Source: Gottfriedia sp. NPDC057991 (GTDB taxonomy: Bacteria > Bacillota > Bacilli > Bacillales > Bacillaceae_G). From it: a stretch of DNA of 24,000 nt. Both the position numbers and the translations under genes were made by a program. The stretch spans positions 407,374 through 431,373 of the forward strand of contig NZ_JBHVQN010000004.1 of assembly GCF_042886615.1 (NCBI RefSeq), written 5' to 3'. Positions 18,139-24,000 of the stretch are shown one piece after another (the first letter of the stretch is position 1; each line of letters opens with the position of its first letter). The notes beneath the pieces are model-generated. The model made no database searches. It was given only the letters and a program-made list of their open reading frames with translations, and was not told the origin of the DNA.

Positions 18139-19527
18139 TTATACTACGATATTTAACTTTTGAATTTTATATTGAAGAGTTTGCCTAGGTATTTCAAGTA
18201 GCGCTGCAGCTTGCTGAATATTAGAATTCGTTTGCAGCAATGCTTGTTTTATAAGTGAAATTTCCATTTCCTGCATTGCAGAACGTAAAGGCTGAACTCC
18301 TTTTGTTTCAGTACTTTTCTTAATTTGTTGTAGTTGAATCGGAAGATGTTTAACCGTAAGCGTATGCCCTTCTGCCATAATCATAGCATGCTCAATCGTG
18401 TGCTTTAGTTCTCGGACATTACCAGGCCAATTATATTGGTGGAATAACTCAAATACTGTATGTTCTACATTTCGAATATTCTTTGAGAAACGTTCATTAA
18501 ATTGCTCAACAAAATGAGACGTGAGTAGCTCAATATCATAATTCCTCTCTCTTAACGGTGGTATGAACAAAGAAAACACATTTAAACGATAATATAAATC
18601 CGGTCGCATGATACCGTTCTGAACGCAATCTAAAGGTGATTCATTAATGGCAGCGATTACCCTTACATTAACTTTACGAGTCTTTGAATCACCTATTCGG
18701 CGAACAACTCCATCCTCTAGTACTCTTAGTAGCTTGGCTTGGAGCTCTAATGGCATCGAGTTTAGTTCATCTAAAAACAAGCTTCCACCATCAGCTAGTT
18801 CAAATAACCCTGCGCGATCTATCGCTCCTGTATAACTACCTTTTGTCGTACCAAATAATATACTTTCCAGTAATGATTCTGGTAAAGCAGCACAGTTTTG
18901 AGCAATAAAAGGGCCTTCACTCCTATTTGAAATATGGTGAATTGACTGTACAAAAAGTTCTTTTCCAGTTCCAGTTTCACCAACTACCAGTACTGCAGAG
19001 TCTGCATTTGCTACCTTTTCAACTTGATTTTTAACGGCCAATAATGCAGGGTCATCCGTTAGTATATCTGAGATCGTATAAAAGTGAACTTGTTTAGCTT
19101 TTCCTTTTTTCACTTGCGGTTTAATTCTCGCTTGTAAGTCTAAAACCTTCTCACCAAGCGATTTAATTGTAGAATAATCCTTTGCAATTTCAACAGCACC
19201 GATCAATTGATCGTCCAAAATAATTGGAATTGTCGTGTTAACTGTATCAATGAATTGGCCTTTAATATTTTCATAGCGTTGAGGCTGTTGAATAATCGCT
19301 TGCTTTGTTTCTAGTACTTTCAGTAAGGTACTTGTTTCTTTCGTTAAAGAAGGGAAAGCTTCTAGTACATGCTTTCCCAGAACTTCTTCAACAGAAACAC
19401 CGTCATGGTCAGCCGCAACTTGATTATAAAATATAGTCATTCCATTTTTGTCGACTGCGTGAATTGATTCATCGATACTATTTAATATGGCACTAATCAT
19501 TTGATTAGTTGGAATTGTTGCGTTCAT
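18139..19527 (-). CDS. kamR: sigma-54-dependent activator of the kam locus (PAS + AAA+ + HTH)
   Basis: 462 aa. N-terminal PAS (ILNSIDESIHAVDKNGMTIFYN...), Walker A VVGETGTGKE, Walker B LFLDELN, WPGNVRELKH, C-terminal HTH NIQQAAALLEIPRQTLQYKI. Its position between yodP and kamA matches the kam locus described in B. thuringiensis. Confidence 0.9.
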   Translation of the reverse strand: MNATIPTNQMISAILNSIDESIHAVDKNGMTIFYNQVAADHDGVSVEEVLGKHVLEAFPSLTKETSTLLKVLETKQAIIQQPQRYENIKGQFIDTVNTTIPIILDDQLIGAVEIAKDYSTIKSLGEKVLDLQARIKPQVKKGKAKQVHFYTISDILTDDPALLAVKNQVEKVANADSAVLVVGETGTGKELFVQSIHHISNRSEGPFIAQNCAALPESLLESILFGTTKGSYTGAIDRAGLFELADGGSLFLDELNSMPLELQAKLLRVLEDGVVRRIGDSKTRKVNVRVIAAINESPLDCVQNGIMRPDLYYRLNVFSLFIPPLRERNYDIELLTSHFVEQFNERFSKNIRNVEHTVFELFHQYNWPGNVRELKHTIEHAMIMAEGHTLTVKHLPIQLQQIKKSTETKGVQPLRSAMQEMEISLIKQALLQTNSNIQQAAALLEIPRQTLQYKIQKLNIVV

Positions 19528-19545
19528 TTCATAACCATCCTTTCA

Positions 19546-19585
19546 CTGCCGAAAACTTGGCAATTTGACGCTCATTTTTCGGCAG
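19546..19585 (-). other. Stem-loop in the yodP-kamR intergenic gap
   Basis: 10-bp perfect stem CTGCCGAAAA / TTTTCGGCAG with a 20-nt loop. No T-tract follows on the minus strand. It ends 5 nt before the kamR SD region. Confidence 0.5.
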
Positions 19586-19592
19586 TTTGACA

Positions 19593-20456
19593 TTAAAAGA
19601 CTACTTTTGAAAGATCCTTCACCCATACATTCATATCTTCTAATTTATCAAAGATATAGCAGTTGTTTGTCATTCTTCCAGTATACTTATAACCTAATTG
19701 ATGAAAGGCTGCGTTCATTCCATATGATAATGCTCGAGCGATCGTATAAGAGCAATAAACTGATTGGCTTACTAAATCCAGTTCTAACTTCTTCATTAGC
19801 TCCTTCATCAATCCATGCTTACGATGCTCTTCAAGTGTTGCACAATTTGTTAGCTCGGCATTTCTTTGACCGAAGTCCACTTCAGCAGATGCTGCACTTA
19901 CAATATTTCCATCTTTCTCGTAAACCCAATAAATAGTCCCCTCATCCATCGTTTTTTCAACATAAGTGGATTCATTTAAAGGTGTAGGATATACCTTAAA
20001 AACTTGACCATATAATTTTGCAAGTTTATTTGAGTCATTTTTTTCAGCTCTTCTTAAAACATACTCGTCAGGAATTACTTTTTCTTTTGATTGATCACTC
20101 TTTAAAACAGCATCTAAAATATCATCTCCAGCAGCCCAATAAAGACTATTTCTTCGATCCTGGCTAACATATTTCGTAACAAAAAAGCCATCACTGCCTT
20201 GAAAATAGCCTTTCAGTGCAGATTCTATCATATATCCTGATTGTAAGAAGGAATATAAATGTTCACTTCTTGCTTTAATAATCAGCTTAGTAAATTTGTG
20301 TTCTTTTACTAGTTTTTCTATTCTCTCGATTAGTAGTGCTACATTCCCTAAGTAAAAATCAACACGAATTCGCTCATTAAAATAATCTAAAGCACCTTCA
20401 AAATAATAGTTTTCCTGTTGAACTTTAATTGTTTCATAATACTTTTTCGTTTTCAT
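19593..20456 (-). CDS. yodP: GNAT acetyltransferase, YodP-type beta-lysine N6-acetyltransferase
   Basis: C-terminal GNAT core (WVYEKDGNIVSAASAEV...ATLEEHRKHGLMKELMKKLE). Position in the kam locus matches yodP. Start uncertain: 20456 (MKTKKYY, GAGGGAG SD) is preferred over track start 20504. Either start overlaps the yodQ 3' end. Confidence 0.8.
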   Translation of the reverse strand: MKTKKYYETIKVQQENYYFEGALDYFNERIRVDFYLGNVALLIERIEKLVKEHKFTKLIIKARSEHLYSFLQSGYMIESALKGYFQGSDGFFVTKYVSQDRRNSLYWAAGDDILDAVLKSDQSKEKVIPDEYVLRRAEKNDSNKLAKLYGQVFKVYPTPLNESTYVEKTMDEGTIYWVYEKDGNIVSAASAEVDFGQRNAELTNCATLEEHRKHGLMKELMKKLELDLVSQSVYCSYTIARALSYGMNAAFHQLGYKYTGRMTNNCYIFDKLEDMNVWVKDLSKVVF

Positions 20457-21756
20457 ATGCTCCCTCACCTTCATGTTGTTGGCCCTCAACTCCACACCAG
20501 TCAATTAATGTACAGGCAATGATTTCTGCTGCTAAAAACATTTGATCTAAATCAATAAATTCATCTGGGTAGTGAGCTACTTTTGTCTCCCCTGGTCCAA
20601 AAACAATCATCGGAATAGTTAAAATTTGTGTAAATAATCCACCATCAGTTCCCCATGGTGCAGCTTCAACTACTGGGGTTTGTTTCGTTGTTTCAAGATA
20701 GTTTCGTTGCAAAGTTTGCACTAATTCACTATCAGCTTCAATAGTACCAGGAACCCATCTTGCTCCAAACCACTCTACTTCTACAGGATTTTCTACGAAC
20801 CAATCATCAAGCTTTTTTATATTACCTATCCAATTCTCAAATTCTATTTTCGCATCTTCTAATCTTTCATTTGGCGCTACACCGAATCTTCCTTCTAAAG
20901 TTACTAGATCAGATACAGAAGATGGCCATGTTCCACCATGAATTGTTCCTATATTAATTGGTATCGGAATCGGTACTCCATCATATAACGGATCAACTAT
21001 TCGTTCATTTCGTAATTGCTCAAGTTTTTGGATTTGTTGAATGATGAGTACGCTTTTTTCGACAGCGCTTACACCTTCGTAACGAGTACCTCCATGTGCT
21101 ACCTTACCTTTTACCTTAAGACGGAACCACATTGATCCTTGTTGCTTAATGAAAAACTTCATATTTGTTGGTTCAGGGATAATAACACCATCCGCTGAAT
21201 ATCCTCGCAATATTGTAGCAAGTGTACCAGCGCCACCACTCTCTTCCTCGATTACACTTTGAAAATAAACATTACCTTTTAGTGTAATTCCACTTCTTTT
21301 TATTGCTTCAATTGCTAAAATTAACGCAACATTTCCGCCTTTCATGTCAGTTGCACCACGCCCATAGAGCTTGTTATCGACTACGGTTGCACTGTAAGGA
21401 GGGTACGTCCATTGCTGAATATTTCCTTCTGGAACAACATCTATATGTCCATTTAAGATCATGGACTTTCCTCCGCTCGTTCCTTTAAGCGTAGCGACAA
21501 TATTAGGACTACCAGTAAAACTGTCTCTTGTTGAAATAAAATAAGGATGCTCTTTCATTTCTTTTAAATCTGGTTCCCATACGTCTAAATCCAAATCAAG
21601 CTCTCTTAATTTTTCAAGGACAATTGCTTGTGCCTTACTCTCATTACCAGACACACTATTTTCCATTACTAGCTGTTTAAGAAGATCAACTGTTTTTTCT
21701 TTATGTTCGCTTATATAATCTTGAATAACTTTTTTGTAATGACTCATCCTCTTCAC
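20434..21756 (-). CDS. yodQ: M20-family metallo-deacylase (ArgE/DapE-like), YodQ-type
   Basis: 440 aa. M20 motifs LNGHIDVVPEG, GRGATDMKGG, EEESGGAG. Confidence 0.88.
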   Translation of the reverse strand: MKRMSHYKKVIQDYISEHKEKTVDLLKQLVMENSVSGNESKAQAIVLEKLRELDLDLDVWEPDLKEMKEHPYFISTRDSFTGSPNIVATLKGTSGGKSMILNGHIDVVPEGNIQQWTYPPYSATVVDNKLYGRGATDMKGGNVALILAIEAIKRSGITLKGNVYFQSVIEEESGGAGTLATILRGYSADGVIIPEPTNMKFFIKQQGSMWFRLKVKGKVAHGGTRYEGVSAVEKSVLIIQQIQKLEQLRNERIVDPLYDGVPIPIPINIGTIHGGTWPSSVSDLVTLEGRFGVAPNERLEDAKIEFENWIGNIKKLDDWFVENPVEVEWFGARWVPGTIEADSELVQTLQRNYLETTKQTPVVEAAPWGTDGGLFTQILTIPMIVFGPGETKVAHYPDEFIDLDQMFLAAEIIACTLIDWCGVEGQQHEGEGAYENEKVL

Positions 21757-21762
21757 CCTTTT

Positions 21763-22425
21763 CTATATAAACATTTTTAAATCCGTACTAATTTCTAATT
21801 TCGCACCAGTTTTTTCGATTACATCCTCTACAGTATATGGACTCATTAGTTCTTTAAGCACTAAAGTGTTGTTGACTACTTCAATAACAGCCATTTCCGT
21901 TATGATTAAATCTACACAAGATTTAGAAGTTAATGGCAAACTACATTCTTTCACAATTTTTGGATTCCCAGCTTTATCGGTATGATTCATAACGACTATT
22001 ACTCTTTTAGCTTTTTGAGCTAAATCCATCGCCCCACCTATTCCTGGTACACGCTTTCCAGGTACAATCCAGTTTGCTAAATCTCCTTTTTCACTAACTT
22101 GTAATGCCCCTAAAACCGTTAAATCTAGTAAACCTCTTCGTATAATGCCAAAAGCAGTAGCACTATCAAAATAGCTAGCACCTTTTAAAACAGTGATTGG
22201 GAAACCACCTGCATTACATAAATTTTCATCTTCTTTTCCTTTTTCGGGACTCGGTCCAATTCCCATTACGCCATTTTCCGCATGGAACATAACATGTACA
22301 TCTTCCGGTAAGTAATCTGGAACAATGGATGGAATTCCAATCCCTAAATTTACGATCATTCCGTTTTTTATTTCCTTAGCAGCTCGCATTGCAATTTTTT
22401 GACGAAAGTCTATTCCCATGCCCAT
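21763..22425 (-). CDS. yodR: 3-oxoacid CoA-transferase subunit B, YodR-type
   Basis: 220 aa. Family-I CoA-transferase beta-subunit active-site glutamate context FHAENGVMGIGP (SENG-type motif). Confidence 0.88.
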   Translation of the reverse strand: MGMGIDFRQKIAMRAAKEIKNGMIVNLGIGIPSIVPDYLPEDVHVMFHAENGVMGIGPSPEKGKEDENLCNAGGFPITVLKGASYFDSATAFGIIRRGLLDLTVLGALQVSEKGDLANWIVPGKRVPGIGGAMDLAQKAKRVIVVMNHTDKAGNPKIVKECSLPLTSKSCVDLIITEMAVIEVVNNTLVLKELMSPYTVEDVIEKTGAKLEISTDLKMFI

Positions 22426-23108
22426 TTCCAGTTCACTCCTTCTGATGAAATTATGTAATCAACAAACACACCTGGAGTTACGATTTCCTCAGGATTCAAC
22501 GATCCAAGTGGAACTATTTCTTCCGCTTCTACAATCGTAATATCTCCTGCCATAGCCATATGTGGATTCATATTCCTTGCACTCTTGTCAAAAACCAAAT
22601 TTCCAAATGGATCAGCTTTCTTTGCAAAAATAATACTAACTTCTGCTTTAAGAGCTTCTTCAACTAGAAATTGTTTACCTTTTACAGATACCTTCTCTTT
22701 ACCGTTTTCTGCCATACTATCAAGACCTACATCTACTAATACTCCTCCAAGCCCCATTCCTCCAGCTCGGATACGCTCTGCTAAAGTACCTTGCGGAGAA
22801 AATTCTACTTTAAGCTTACCTTCCGTCATTAATTTTCCTGCAAATGGATTCGATCCAATATGAGATGTCACAATTGACTTGATCCTTTCATTCCTTACCA
22901 TCCTTCCGATGCCAATGTCCGGAAATCCAGTATCATTGCAAATCAAGTGAAGATCCTTAACTCCACTTTCAAATAATGTTTGGAGTAAAGTTGGCGGTGA
23001 ACCGACTCCTCCAAATCCTCCAACCATTAGTGTCATGTCGTCATGAAAAAATTGAAGAATTTGTTCCACTGTTGCTATTTTTTTATAAGTATTTTCAACT
23101 AAATTCAT
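22410..23108 (-). CDS. yodS: 3-oxoacid CoA-transferase subunit A, YodS-type
   Basis: 232 aa. MTLMVGGFGGVGSPP and GTLAERIRAGGMGLGG are typical of the alpha subunit. 16-nt overlap with yodR. Confidence 0.88.
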   Translation of the reverse strand: MNLVENTYKKIATVEQILQFFHDDMTLMVGGFGGVGSPPTLLQTLFESGVKDLHLICNDTGFPDIGIGRMVRNERIKSIVTSHIGSNPFAGKLMTEGKLKVEFSPQGTLAERIRAGGMGLGGVLVDVGLDSMAENGKEKVSVKGKQFLVEEALKAEVSIIFAKKADPFGNLVFDKSARNMNPHMAMAGDITIVEAEEIVPLGSLNPEEIVTPGVFVDYIISSEGVNWKWAWE

Positions 23109-24000
23109 ACGATTTCCCCCTCAGCTGCATAGATTAGTTGAGATTGTTCCATTTCCAATTCTTTTAAACTCTCTGTAAGAATTTGAAGCAATTCATCCAG
23201 TTCTTCATAAGTAATCGTTAAAGGTGGTGCAATCATGAAAGCTGAATCTTCTTTTCCGTTTTTTCCAGCAACGGAAGGATATAAAAGTAACCCCTTACAC
23301 ATTACTTTTTGAATAAAGGAACTTGATTTTATATCTTGAATAAATTCAATTCCGATTAACAAACCTTTTCCTCTAACATCACCTATGAATGAAAATTTCT
23401 CCTTTAAACCTTGGAGCTTATTCATCAGATAATTACCTTTTTCTTCTGCGGCTTGTACTAAATTATGTTTCTCAACATATTCAATAACGGCCAATGAAAC
23501 AGCAGCTGATAGTGGATTAGCACTAAAAGTATGTCCACTCATTACAACCTTTGAACCTTGCATAATTGGTTCAATAACTCGATCGCTAGCAATCGTTGCA
23601 GCCATTGGTGTATAACCAGATGTTAATCCTTTTCCAAGCGTAACGATATCAGGTTGAACGCCCCAATGCTCCATTGCAAACATTTTTCCAGTACGTCCAA
23701 GGCCAGTCATAACCTCATCGGAAATCAGCAAAATATCGTACTTTTCACAAATAGCTTTAATTCTTTGGTAATAACCTTTAGATGGTACAATCGCACCACC
23801 TGCAGCACCGATAATTGGTTCAGCAATAAATGCTGCAATATGTTCAGGGCCAATTCGATCAATGGCTGTTTCTAATTCAGATGCACATGCTAAATCACAT
23901 GATGGGTGTTCTAAGTTAAAAGGACAACGATAACAATACGGTGGTGAAACTGAAGGGTAATCCTCCAAGATTGGTACAAATCGTTGGCGTCGTAAAGGGT
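23105..24000 (-). CDS. yodT: Class-III PLP aminotransferase, YodT-type; C-terminal ~298 codons, 5' end beyond window end
   Basis: The frame stays open upstream of the track's TTG start (…PLRRQRFVPILEDYPS…) through nt 24000. Motifs AAFIAEPIIGAAGG, LLISDEVMTGLGRTG, PLP-Lys context VTLGKGLTSGY. ATGA overlap with yodS. Confidence 0.88.
   Translation of the reverse strand, partial: PLRRQRFVPILEDYPSVSPPYCYRCPFNLEHPSCDLACASELETAIDRIGPEHIAAFIAEPIIGAAGGAIVPSKGYYQRIKAICEKYDILLISDEVMTGLGRTGKMFAMEHWGVQPDIVTLGKGLTSGYTPMAATIASDRVIEPIMQGSKVVMSGHTFSANPLSAAVSLAVIEYVEKHNLVQAAEEKGNYLMNKLQGLKEKFSFIGDVRGKGLLIGIEFIQDIKSSSFIQKVMCKGLLLYPSVAGKNGKEDSAFMIAPPLTITYEELDELLQILTESLKELEMEQSQLIYAAEGEIV

Noticed and set aside
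19556-19575. TTGGCAATTTGACGC in the loop of the yodP-kamR hairpin, considered as a sigma-54-like element.
   Set aside because: It lacks the -12 TTGC at the correct spacing and lies on the strand opposite to kamR.

Overview
AT-rich Bacillaceae-type chromosomal segment. I call 20 protein-coding genes: 18 on the minus strand, two cut by the window edges, and one below the ORF-track size cut-off. I saw no rRNA, tRNA, CRISPR, transposase or prophage signatures. All protein identifications rest on motifs I recognise by eye; no database search was possible. The window falls into three blocks. (A) 1-9331 is a sigma-54-driven amine/amino-acid catabolic block. It holds a truncated aminoaldehyde-type aldehyde dehydrogenase, a 44-aa membrane-peptide ORF and a 709-aa sigma-54 enhancer-binding protein (extra N-terminal sensor, 2 PAS, AAA+, HTH). 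It also holds a rocG-like glutamate dehydrogenase operon with two small uncharacterised genes (94 aa unknown; 82 aa biotinyl/lipoyl-like barrel lacking the MKM lysine), a PuuP/PlaP-type putrescine importer and a divergent APC permease. Four textbook TGGCAC-N5-TTGC promoters serve these units. Three promoter regions share a tandem TATTCA-N5-TGCAT repeat, with one 17-nt stretch identical at 1029 and 5874; I propose this is the operator of the 709-aa activator. (B) 9476-14325 is a licT-bglP-bglH beta-glucoside operon with a cre-overlapped sigma-A promoter and three RAT/terminator riboregulators: one on the antiterminator's own leader and two in tandem ahead of bglP. (C) 14569-24000 is the kam (lysine 2,3-aminomutase / beta-lysine) locus, yodT-yodS-yodR-yodQ-yodP-kamR plus kamA-yokU, with a fifth sigma-54 promoter before kamA and a LysP-like permease directly downstream. 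The best leads are the putative new sigma-54 regulon with its shared operator, the two small genes riding on the GDH transcript, the tandem RAT checkpoint, and a possible metabolic link between the beta-lysine locus and the GABA/polyamine-type block.
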